Positions 1 through 7,921 of a stretch of DNA of 34,033 bases are shown one piece after another. The position numbers and the translations under genes were made by a program. A model generated the notes under the pieces. It made no database searches and was not told the origin of the DNA. It was given only the letters and a program-made list of their open reading frames with translations. Source of the stretch: a virus (taxonomy: Duplodnaviria; Caudoviricetes); IMG/VR virus record IMGVR_UViG_3300039239_000009, positions 1 to 34,033 of that record; one strand, 5' to 3'. The stretch's first letter is position 1. The number at the start of each line of letters is the position of its first letter.

Positions 1-23
1 CCTCATTGATTTATGTGATATCG

Positions 24-41
24 CACTGCTAATGCGAGAAC
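24..41 (+). repeat. Left crossover repeat CACTGCTAATGCGAGAAC
   Basis: Exact reverse complement of 569-586; similarity extends to 28 bp with 3 mismatches. Confidence 0.9.
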
Positions 42-312
42 CATAGGCAGCTTCCAGGGCGATGCGCTTCAGAGGATCCAAGGGCAGATGCAATTGCGAC
101 CCGACGACACAGGAGGCGCTGCCATCCTCAATACGCCCAGCGGCGCGTTCGGGATCGTCATCGCCGCGGGCTCGACGGGCGCGGCGCGCATGGTTTCCAA
201 TGCCGCGCCCCTGACGCAGAACGTCGTCAGCTTTGATGCTGACCGAGTGGCCCGCACGTCTACGGAGACCCGCCCCTCAAGCACGGCAATGCTGCCCCGG
301 CTACACGTGTAG
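25..312 (+). other. Silent alternative tail-fibre tip cassette (about 95 aa, no start of its own)
   Basis: Frame reads TANARTIGSFQGDALQRIQG...VSFDADRVARTSTETRPSSTAMLPRLHV*, homologous to the fibre end TANARTMGSRQADAMQNVTG...VSFDTSRVVRSSTETRASNVALSPRLHV*; in-frame stop codons lie just upstream of the repeat. Confidence 0.88.
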
Positions 313-318
313 CCGGGG
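295..318. repeat. 24-bp perfect palindrome encoding PRLHV* on both strands
   Basis: CCCCGGCTACACGTGTAGCCGGGG is its own reverse complement. Confidence 0.95.
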
Positions 319-2838
319 GCTCAAGGCCACGTTACTGGCGCGGGTTTCCGTCGAGGACCGGACCACCCTGCTCGTATCGAACGAAACCGCGTCGCCGTTT
401 GTAATTCCCGCGTCGTGGGCCAGGGGGGCAGAGTTTGTACCTTCCGACTTGCCATGGATCACAAAGGCGCCGGACGCGCCGATGAGCGCGCCAAAGGCCG
501 AGATCGAAGAGCGTGCCTGGATTCGGCCGGTGACGTTCTGCATAGCATCCGCCTGCCGGCTACCCATTGTTCTCGCATTAGCAGTGTCAACATCGGTCCC
601 GGTAAATCGGACAAACATATTCCGCAAGTCCGGCAGCCGAATTTGGGTTCCGAGGTCTGCGTATTGCAGGGTTCCAGCCGCCCAGGCAGCCGACGCCACC
701 AACAAACCGTTCTCCTGCGCGTAGGCGACCAGTCGCGGCTGTGCGGTCTTGAGCACAGTTTGACCAATCGCGTCGATCTGGTACGGCAAGGGGTTGACGG
801 TGTGCCCGAATTCGACTGCACCGCACTGCGGCGACCGGTAACCGGTGAAGTAAGCACTGGTGGCCCAGACCCAGATCTCCTGCCGTTCGGTCACAAAGAC
901 CGGGCCGACGTTGGTCGTCGGCAAGCTGGCCAGGGCCACCACGGGGATACGAGAATCCAGCGCCGCCTGCAGGCCGCTCACCCGAGCAATGTCCGAACGA
1001 GCGAATGCCAGATTGCTCACCGGCACCACCAGGGATACCGTCTCGAATGCCGTGACGGGCTCTACCTTCCACCCGACTCCCCAGGCAGCAACGGTGGCGC
1101 CCGCGGTGTTGTACTTGGCCAGGACTTCGGACACGCTGACGGTAGGGTATGACCACGACCGATTGGTGTCGCCCAGCCAAATGCACAGGTTTCCGCCCGC
1201 GTCCGATCCGAAGCGGACCGGAAGATCGGAGACCGGGCTTCCCGCCACCAGGGTCACTGCGCAGCGCGTCCATGCCTTGGTGGTTTGCACGTAGCCGTGG
1301 ATCAACACCGATACCGGAAGTTGATCCGCCGCGTACTCGAACACATCAACTCGCATGCGGATCATGGTGTTCACGCCAACTGCGGCCGGGGGCAACGTGA
1401 TTTTCATCGCGCCCACGACGGTAGCTGTATGGGTCGAGAACCCGCCACCGTCTGGCAGAACAATCTGCGCCGTCTGCCCCGACGTCGCATTGCTGCCGTA
1501 TTGGCTACCGACCGTTGCGCCCGCCCCTAATACGATAGGGCCACTAACGTTGCCGCCGGCCTTCGGCAACGCTTGGATATCATCTAACACCTCTGCCGGC
1601 GTACGGGGCACCAATGCACCCGCCCCGGCCCCCGCCAGGTACGAACCTGCCGCCACAGTAGCCACGCCGGTACCGCCGCGCGCCACAGGCAAGGTTCCGG
1701 CATTCGCCTTGGACACGTCCAATGCCGTTACGTTAAGGGCCACGTTTCCGGAGCCATCAAAACTCACGCCGCCGGCCGTCGCCCCACCTGTGACGGAGAA
1801 CAAGCGCGTCGTGGCCAGCTTCGTCGCGGTAGCCGCATTTCCCAGCGCGACCTCGCCGGCGGCAGACACGCGGCCTTTCGCGTCCACGGTAAAGGTGGGC
1901 ACCGCGTTGGCGTTGCCGTAGCTGCCCGCGGTGACGCCGCTTGCGGCCAACGTCAAGCCCACCGACAGGTTCGCCGAGCCATCGAACGAGCCGGAGCCGG
2001 TCGCATCGCCCGTGGCCGCAATGGTGCGCGCCGTCGCCAGCTTGGTCGCCGTAGCCGCGTTACCCACGGCGACGGATCCCGCGGCCGTCAGCCGGCCCTT
2101 GGCGTCAACAGTGAACGTCGGCAGCGCATTCGCGTTGCCATAGGTGCCAGCAGTTACGCCACTGGCGGCAAGGGCCAGCGCCACGGACGCATTGGCCGAG
2201 CCGTCGAACGAGGTCGACCCGGTTGCATCGCCGGTGGCCGAGATCGTCCTGGCGGTGGCCAGTTTGGTGGCGGTCGCGGCGTTGCCGACCGCTACCGTAC
2301 CAGCAGCGGTGAGACGCCCCTTTTCGTCCACCGTGAACGTGGGCAAAGCATTGGCGCTTCCGTAAGAGCCCGCCGTGACTCCACTCGCGGCCAAGGCCAG
2401 AGCTATCGAGGCATTCGCAGATCCGTCGAACGTAGCCGAGCCCGTCGCGTCGCCGGTGGTTGCGATCGTCCTGGCCGTCGCGAGCTTCGTAGCAGCCCCC
2501 GCCGTCAGCGATGTGGCGGTCCCCGACAGCCGCGCCACCGGCACCGTGCCCGACTTCAGATTGGTGGCATTCAGGTTTTGCTGCGCAAAGCTCAGCGCAT
2601 CAGCGCTTGCAGCCGTCAGTGGCCGGCCCGTCACCGCGGCCAGGCCCTCAAGTTGCTGATACAGCCACGCCAGGCGTTCGTCCGTGGCCTGCTGGACCTT
2701 GTTGAACTGCTCAACCGATGGCGGCACGGATCCGATGTACGCCCAGCCGGTTTTGTACTGCAGATCGGTTATGCCTTCGGTCAAGCCGTTTTGCGCCCAG
2801 GTGACCTTGAACAGGTCAAAGAAGGTGGGATCAGCCAT
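301..2838 (-). CDS. Tail fibre protein (845 aa) with internal repeats, collar-like domain and switchable tip
   Basis: Follows the baseplate genes; rich in G/A/T residues; IRLPDLRNMFVR collar-like motif; true start MADPTFF at 2838, right after the upstream stop. Confidence 0.92.
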   Translation of the reverse strand: MADPTFFDLFKVTWAQNGLTEGITDLQYKTGWAYIGSVPPSVEQFNKVQQATDERLAWLYQQLEGLAAVTGRPLTAASADALSFAQQNLNATNLKSGTVPVARLSGTATSLTAGAATKLATARTIATTGDATGSATFDGSANASIALALAASGVTAGSYGSANALPTFTVDEKGRLTAAGTVAVGNAATATKLATARTISATGDATGSTSFDGSANASVALALAASGVTAGTYGNANALPTFTVDAKGRLTAAGSVAVGNAATATKLATARTIAATGDATGSGSFDGSANLSVGLTLAASGVTAGSYGNANAVPTFTVDAKGRVSAAGEVALGNAATATKLATTRLFSVTGGATAGGVSFDGSGNVALNVTALDVSKANAGTLPVARGGTGVATVAAGSYLAGAGAGALVPRTPAEVLDDIQALPKAGGNVSGPIVLGAGATVGSQYGSNATSGQTAQIVLPDGGGFSTHTATVVGAMKITLPPAAVGVNTMIRMRVDVFEYAADQLPVSVLIHGYVQTTKAWTRCAVTLVAGSPVSDLPVRFGSDAGGNLCIWLGDTNRSWSYPTVSVSEVLAKYNTAGATVAAWGVGWKVEPVTAFETVSLVVPVSNLAFARSDIARVSGLQAALDSRIPVVALASLPTTNVGPVFVTERQEIWVWATSAYFTGYRSPQCGAVEFGHTVNPLPYQIDAIGQTVLKTAQPRLVAYAQENGLLVASAAWAAGTLQYADLGTQIRLPDLRNMFVRFTGTDVDTANARTMGSRQADAMQNVTGRIQARSSISAFGALIGASGAFVIHGKSEGTNSAPLAHDAGITNGDAVSFDTSRVVRSSTETRASNVALSPRLHV
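569..586 (-). repeat. Right crossover repeat inside the tail-fibre gene (encodes TANART)
   Basis: GTTCTCGCATTAGCAGTG on the plus strand, the inverted copy of 24-41. Confidence 0.9.
1720..2492 (-). repeat. About 3.5 tandem 222-bp (74-aa) repeats in the fibre shaft
   Basis: ATKLATARTI..GDATGS..FDGSAN..LAASGVTAG.YG.ANA.PTFTVD.KGR unit; CC(G/A)TCGAACG recurs at 1979, 2201 and 2423. Confidence 0.92.
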
Positions 2839-2840
2839 TG

Positions 2841-3503
2841 TCAAATTCCTCGCGCCAGCACGCCGACGCCAAAGCCATAGAAACCTTGCTCGCGAAAGCC
2901 GAACGGCTTCTCGGTCGAACCGGTGATGATTTGCACGCCGACGCCGGCGGCCTGCGGCACCCACTTGTAGGGGTTTGCCATTAAGGGATCGTTCGGGCCC
3001 GGGATCCGGCTTACCCATATCCGGATCTTCGCGTTGCCCGCGTTCTGCACAATCACGCGTGTCACGTCGAAGATCGGCTTCAACGATCGGGATATTTCGG
3101 GCGCAGTGCCGTGCCCGTTGTTGAGCGCAATCTTCCAATACAGGAGCTTCCTGTACTCGGTGTCCAGCAGCGTCGCGGATCCAGCCACCGGCCGCTCATT
3201 CGCGCGCCGAAAACGGGCCTCGCCGAAGCCGCCGACATTTGGCTGCCCCTGGAACCCGAAAAAGCGGATGTAGATGGCCTCGTCGATAACCCGTGGCAGC
3301 CCGACAATCTCGCCAATGCCGTCCAGTTGCTTGCCGACGGCCGTGTCGAGCCACCGGTCCTCATACAGGGCGCGCAATGCGCCTTGCAGGCCCTCAGCCG
3401 GCTTCAGCAAGGCCTTGACCAATGCTTCCAACCGGCGCTTGCCTTGGAACTGGCCGAGCCAATGCCCCCACGCCACCTGGCCGTGGTCTTGGGTCAATTC
3501 CAT
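2841..3503 (-). CDS. Baseplate wedge protein (DUF2612-like)
   Basis: LDTAVGKQLDGIGEIVG motif; position between baseplate J and the fibre. Confidence 0.8.
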   Translation of the reverse strand: MELTQDHGQVAWGHWLGQFQGKRRLEALVKALLKPAEGLQGALRALYEDRWLDTAVGKQLDGIGEIVGLPRVIDEAIYIRFFGFQGQPNVGGFGEARFRRANERPVAGSATLLDTEYRKLLYWKIALNNGHGTAPEISRSLKPIFDVTRVIVQNAGNAKIRIWVSRIPGPNDPLMANPYKWVPQAAGVGVQIITGSTEKPFGFREQGFYGFGVGVLARGI

Positions 3504-4954
3504 TACGTCACCTCTATGCGGGACAGGTCAAAAGCCGCGACCTGGAAGTCCTGGATCTCGATGTTGGCCGCCTTGTAGTCGGCAGGCTGCGGTACGAATG
3601 AAGGATTCGTCGAAAAGGCCAGGCGCAGATCGACGGACGCCAGCCCGGGCGTGCGGAATATCGCGCCATAGAGCCGCTGCAGGATGACGTCCTCACCGAT
3701 CGCGAACGCGGCGCCGGCGGCGGCCAAGTTGTCGGCAATCTCTTGAAACCCTCCAGCGGGGAAAGCCTGTTCGGACGGCGGTAGCAACGTCGTGGCGCAG
3801 CGCGCCCAGATGAACACACGCTCAGGACGATCAAAGCGGATCTCCTGGTCCGCGCCCTCATCATCCTTGACCACGACCAGCTGCTGTCCGTGCGTGTCGA
3901 TGCCCGCGGCTACCACCCGGAATATCGCCTCGGCAACTTCGTCATCAAGACCGCCGTCTACGACGACGTGCACACTATGTGGGGGACGGCCCAGCGCGTC
4001 AGGTAGGTCCGTGTTGTTCATGAACAGCTTGACCGTGCGCACGCCGGCCACGCGATCGCGGACGTTCGGCGCGATGCTTGGCGGCGTCGCGGCGCCCAGG
4101 CGAAACAGGCCAGTCGGGTACCGCGCGCGCAACTCGGCCGCGTTCTCAGCCAGCCGCCCAGAGACGCCGGCCTGCAGGTTGGCGACGGCATCCCAGCCGT
4201 CCACCTGCGTCACAACCCCATTGAGGTCGCCTATTGCGGCCCCTTCCGTGGAGGCCGCCAACGTCTGGGCCAGCGCAGGCGAGCCCACTCGCACCAGCGC
4301 CAGGTTTGCCGTCCAGGTGAAGGCGGCCGTAACGCGCCCGTCTGTGTGGATCCGCACCATACTGCCGTCGCTGGAAACGTCCAATCCGCTCGGAGACAGT
4401 GCCGAGACCAGGCCCGCCAGGATCTGCGGGAGGTTGGTTGTCGCGCCAGTCGTGTAGGTGAACGGCGTGCCGTCGATCGATACGCGATACACGGCGTTCG
4501 GCGCGACACTCGGCTGCAGGATCACGTCAGCCGCGGCGCCAGGCTGAATCTGCGCTGGCGCGACCAGCGCCCACAGGTTTTGGCTGACCTGGTGGCGGAT
4601 CTGCGCGCCGCCCGGCACCGTCGTGCCCGGGGCGCCGTACAGCACCACATAAGCCCGCGACCGTTCCGCGGTGTATCGAGACACCCCGGTAAAGGAGACC
4701 GAGCGGTCCAGCGACACACCGGTCGCAGAGCCGGGGTACATGGCGTAATAAACGCCTTCGGCCTGCTCCCAGAGGGCCGCTTCGCGCTCTGCGAATGTGT
4801 CAATCAGTAGCCCGGTAATGCTGTCGGGACGAGTTTCGACCGTCCCGGCAAAGCCGGCTGCCTGCATTCGGGCGCGCAGGTCCGCCACGATTTCTTGGCG
4901 GATTTCGGGCAGGCGCGGGCGCACGAACCCGTCCGGCGTTACACCGTAGGCCAT
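3503..4954 (-). CDS. Baseplate J/gp47-like protein
   Basis: MAYGVTPDGF start, ATGVSLD, E..AELRAR and PPHSVHVVVDGG motifs; synteny. Confidence 0.88.
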   Translation of the reverse strand: MAYGVTPDGFVRPRLPEIRQEIVADLRARMQAAGFAGTVETRPDSITGLLIDTFAEREAALWEQAEGVYYAMYPGSATGVSLDRSVSFTGVSRYTAERSRAYVVLYGAPGTTVPGGAQIRHQVSQNLWALVAPAQIQPGAAADVILQPSVAPNAVYRVSIDGTPFTYTTGATTNLPQILAGLVSALSPSGLDVSSDGSMVRIHTDGRVTAAFTWTANLALVRVGSPALAQTLAASTEGAAIGDLNGVVTQVDGWDAVANLQAGVSGRLAENAAELRARYPTGLFRLGAATPPSIAPNVRDRVAGVRTVKLFMNNTDLPDALGRPPHSVHVVVDGGLDDEVAEAIFRVVAAGIDTHGQQLVVVKDDEGADQEIRFDRPERVFIWARCATTLLPPSEQAFPAGGFQEIADNLAAAGAAFAIGEDVILQRLYGAIFRTPGLASVDLRLAFSTNPSFVPQPADYKAANIEIQDFQVAAFDLSRIEVT

Positions 4955-4981
4955 AGATACCTCTGAAAAATTGGGGTGTTA

Positions 4982-5347
4982 CTACGCGCGCAGCTCAACC
5001 ACACGCGGGACGCGGCCCGCGGCCGTATCGGCGTCGTACGACACGCGCAGGATGCGCAGTTCGCGCTCGATCTCGAGGCCCAGGCGGCGCACGCGCTCGA
5101 CACCGGGCACGGCCTGGATGCGGGCGCGCAGAATCGCTTCAATGCTGGCCCTGTCCGGATCCTTTACGAGAATCGATTCGAAATATGGAACGCCAAAGGT
5201 CGTGTCTAGAAACCACTCGCCGAGGAAGGCTAGCAGCGTCACCTTGACCTGCTGGGCGACCCGCTCGGCGCCGTCCACAAAGGACGCGCGCCCGAGCAGG
5301 TCCAGGTCAAGATCGTGATCAGGGGTAAGTGCGAGATCCAAAGCCAT
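4982..5347 (-). CDS. Baseplate gp25/gp46-like (sheath initiator) protein
   Basis: FLGEWFLDTTFGVPY motif; start MALDLAL overlaps the upstream stop. Confidence 0.8.
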   Translation of the reverse strand: MALDLALTPDHDLDLDLLGRASFVDGAERVAQQVKVTLLAFLGEWFLDTTFGVPYFESILVKDPDRASIEAILRARIQAVPGVERVRRLGLEIERELRILRVSYDADTAAGRVPRVVELRA

Positions 5348-6042
5348 CAGAGGGGACCATCCGTAGTGCCGCCGGCGTAGTTGTGCCGATGGTTGTCGCC
5401 GATGTTCTTGCCGTTGTGCGTGATGGCGCCGCCTTCGTAAGCCACGCCGCCACGGATCCGCATCGATGCGCCGCCCTCCCCACCCTCGCCCGACAAGCCC
5501 TGCGTGTACAGCAGGGGCCCGTTGATGGTCACGGGCGTGTTGAATGTGGTCTGCTCGGCCTGGACGGTCCACGTCTTCACCTCGAATGTCAGCTCGCCGG
5601 CTGGCGACAGCTTTAACCGGCCGGGCCCGTACTGAATGCTGACGTTCTCGGTGTCGGCGGCCATCGTGCCCGGGCGGAGCAACGGCGAAGCGAAAGCATC
5701 CGACAGATCGAACTGCCTGGGATCGTCCGGCGGTCCGTTGTCGCCCGCCAGCCAGTTCTCCAGCGCGCGGGCCGAGAATGACAGCTTGATTGCATCCCCA
5801 GGCTTCAGCGGGACGGAGATCAACGCCTGGGCACCGTTCACATCGCCCACCGGCCAGCAAACCGGCACCCGGACGACTTGCGGCGGAGGCAAGCTGTCTC
5901 CGTTGGTCAGCCGCTTGGCCAGGGCGGGCCGCGCCGTCACGAACGTCCCGTCGTAGGCCACGACTTCGCCGGGCAGCGTCGTATACACGTCGGCCAGCTC
6001 GGTCGCGATCACTGATCGCATTAACTTGACGATGTCGCTCAT
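5347..6042 (-). CDS. Baseplate central spike (Gp138/gpV-like)
   Basis: TTLPGEVVAYD, R.FDLSDAF and C-terminal HxH (HRH) metal-binding tip. Confidence 0.85.
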   Translation of the reverse strand: MSDIVKLMRSVIATELADVYTTLPGEVVAYDGTFVTARPALAKRLTNGDSLPPPQVVRVPVCWPVGDVNGAQALISVPLKPGDAIKLSFSARALENWLAGDNGPPDDPRQFDLSDAFASPLLRPGTMAADTENVSIQYGPGRLKLSPAGELTFEVKTWTVQAEQTTFNTPVTINGPLLYTQGLSGEGGEGGASMRIRGGVAYEGGAITHNGKNIGDNHRHNYAGGTTDGPL

Positions 6043-6956
6043 GACTTACCTTTCTTTTTCGGTGGCGCCGATCGATCGACAAGCTCCAGCTCGGTCTGCC
6101 AGTCGCCACCCTCGCTATCGCCGGTGTGCCGGACCGCCTCGACCCGTTGGAAAGCTTCGACCGATCTGCTTTCAAGTTTGACCAGGTCGCCCGGATTGAT
6201 CGTCGGCAGCAGCAACGACGTCACCCGCCAGCCGTCGCGCTGCTGGCGCGCACTGACCAGGTTGACGTCGTCACCGGTCGTCTTGTCCTTGACCTTCGCC
6301 TTTTCACGCGCGGCCTCGCGCGTGCGCTCCGGATAGCCCAGCATGCCGGTGTCGGCCGCAAGCACCACGGCCTGGCGCCGTGTCGTTCCCCGGCGCTGGA
6401 CCACCTGCAGCTGCTGATTCTGAATCGACCATTCCAGGCCTGTGCCCTGCGTGACCTTGTGCAGCGCGGTGCGCGCAGCGCCATAGAACGAAAAGCCCTG
6501 CTGCCAGCGCCGGTCGGGCACGTCGTCGGCCATGACCAGGGGCAGGCCCATCTGGCGGGCGATGTCCCGGATGATGGCACTGGCCTGGGCGCCTGAGCCC
6601 AGGCCGATCGAAACGGCCGTATCCCGAACTTCGGTAAAGCCGTCCTTGACGATCAACTCGGTCACAACGTCGGGCTGCTCGAACTTCGTGTAGGCGAAGA
6701 CCACACTGCCCGATGCCATCAGCAACGGGCCCGCCTCCTCTGCGTAGCCCGCGTACAGCACGCACCGAAGGTCCGGCTCTTCCAACGCCTTACGCGTAGC
6801 AGCGGCCAGGTTGTAGATGCGGATGGTGTGGTCGTTCGGCTCCTCGTCGGCGTCCTTCGAAATGTCGAAGGTCATTCGAATGGGGGGCAGAATTTCTACC
6901 CCCTTGGCGCCGCCCTTCCCTACGAGCAGGCGATAGACCCTGTCAAACCTGGCCAT
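6039..6956 (-). CDS. Baseplate hub protein
   Basis: IRIYNL, LYAGY, WSIQNQQLQ, LLLPTINPG motifs; start MARFDR. Confidence 0.8.
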   Translation of the reverse strand: MARFDRVYRLLVGKGGAKGVEILPPIRMTFDISKDADEEPNDHTIRIYNLAAATRKALEEPDLRCVLYAGYAEEAGPLLMASGSVVFAYTKFEQPDVVTELIVKDGFTEVRDTAVSIGLGSGAQASAIIRDIARQMGLPLVMADDVPDRRWQQGFSFYGAARTALHKVTQGTGLEWSIQNQQLQVVQRRGTTRRQAVVLAADTGMLGYPERTREAAREKAKVKDKTTGDDVNLVSARQQRDGWRVTSLLLPTINPGDLVKLESRSVEAFQRVEAVRHTGDSEGGDWQTELELVDRSAPPKKKGKS

Positions 6957-7275
6957 CTGCGATTTCCTCCGCATTGACGTACAGCAGCGCGACTTCTCCA
7001 GCCGGCAGCGCCGCACGGCTTACCGTGTCGCGCCGGTCCGGTGCCAGCGCCACCAGTTCCCCCGCCGGCACGTCCAAATGCCGATAGCGGGCGAGCAAAG
7101 GTGTGTCGGGAACTACGCAAATGCCCGCCACGATCAGCTCGTTGTATGCGTTCTCGATCGACAGCGCCCACAGCTCGGCCTCGCTGTTCCACGACAACCG
7201 CACGAAGTAGGTGGCGCCGTCCAGTTCAATCTCGGTGAGGCTGTCATTCGCGTCCAGCACAGGGATGACTATCAT
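6943..7275 (-). CDS. Small baseplate (plug-like) protein
   Basis: 110 aa, ELDG...LSWN...W pattern, synteny. Confidence 0.7.
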   Translation of the reverse strand: MIVIPVLDANDSLTEIELDGATYFVRLSWNSEAELWALSIENAYNELIVAGICVVPDTPLLARYRHLDVPAGELVALAPDRRDTVSRAALPAGEVALLYVNAEEIADGQV

Positions 7276-7901
7276 TCGCCGATACCCGTCAGTTTTCCGA
7301 GGTCCGTCTTTTGCTTTGGCGTCGCCTCGGCGCCGTTCGTCTTGCCGGCGTTGGTTTTGGTTTGCCCTGCCTTACCGCTTGCGCTCCCCGACGTTTTCTC
7401 CGGGGGGATATCAGCTTGACGAAGCTTCACCTTGCGGATCCGCTTGAAATCGGCCGATATCTCGAAACGGTCGCCGCCCTCGTTGGTTCGGCCGATTTCG
7501 CACCGCTCCATGACGAAGTCCACATAGACGTCCAGGCCCGTGGTCACGGTGATGGGCAGCCGGTCCGCGTGGATCTTGCGCAGCGCATCCTTCGCGCTGA
7601 TCAGCTTGGACCGCCCGGCGCCGGCTGTGAGCCCGCTCAGTGCACCACCGCTGCGGATCCCCCGTGCCGTGCCCGCCACCAGGCCCCCCAGCAGCGACAC
7701 CTCGGCGGCGGTCACCCAGCCGTCAAGGGTCAACAGCTCCGATTCCTGCACCACGTGGTCCGTCACCGGCGGCCCGTCCTCCACCGCATACTCCGTAGCG
7801 CGGCTGTTGAGTGACGTCTTTTCGCTCAACAGTGCGTCCAGAGGCACGGTGCCGATGCTGGTGCCGCCGTTCCACCCAAAGATCATGGATACAAAGCTCA
7901 T
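7272..7901 (-). CDS. Tail tube initiator / Dit-like protein
   Basis: TEYAVEDG...TDHV motif directly downstream of the tape measure gene. Confidence 0.75.
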   Translation of the reverse strand: MSFVSMIFGWNGGTSIGTVPLDALLSEKTSLNSRATEYAVEDGPPVTDHVVQESELLTLDGWVTAAEVSLLGGLVAGTARGIRSGGALSGLTAGAGRSKLISAKDALRKIHADRLPITVTTGLDVYVDFVMERCEIGRTNEGGDRFEISADFKRIRKVKLRQADIPPEKTSGSASGKAGQTKTNAGKTNGAEATPKQKTDLGKLTGIGE

Positions 7902-7921
7902 GCCCTAGTCCCTCGCCATTT

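Larger units (their letters stand above)
24..586. mobile_element. Putative invertible (shufflon-like) segment carrying two alternative tail-fibre C-termini
   Basis: Bounded by perfect 18-bp inverted repeats; holds two head-to-head homologous tip cassettes, each in frame with the repeat (TANART). Confidence 0.88.

Noticed and set aside
88-312. 74-aa ORF as an independent gene
   Set aside because: Homology to the fibre continues upstream of its ATG to the repeat; it is a start-less cassette
25-586. Diversity-generating retroelement template/variable repeat pair
   Set aside because: The copies are inverted, differ at all base types and by indels rather than only at adenines, and no reverse transcriptase is in the window; inversion explains them better
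2839-3138. 100-aa N-terminal extension of the tail fibre in the ORF track
   Set aside because: It overlaps the baseplate wedge gene; the real start is at 2838. The same applies to the extended starts called at 6175, 23484, 23924, 27093 and 31634
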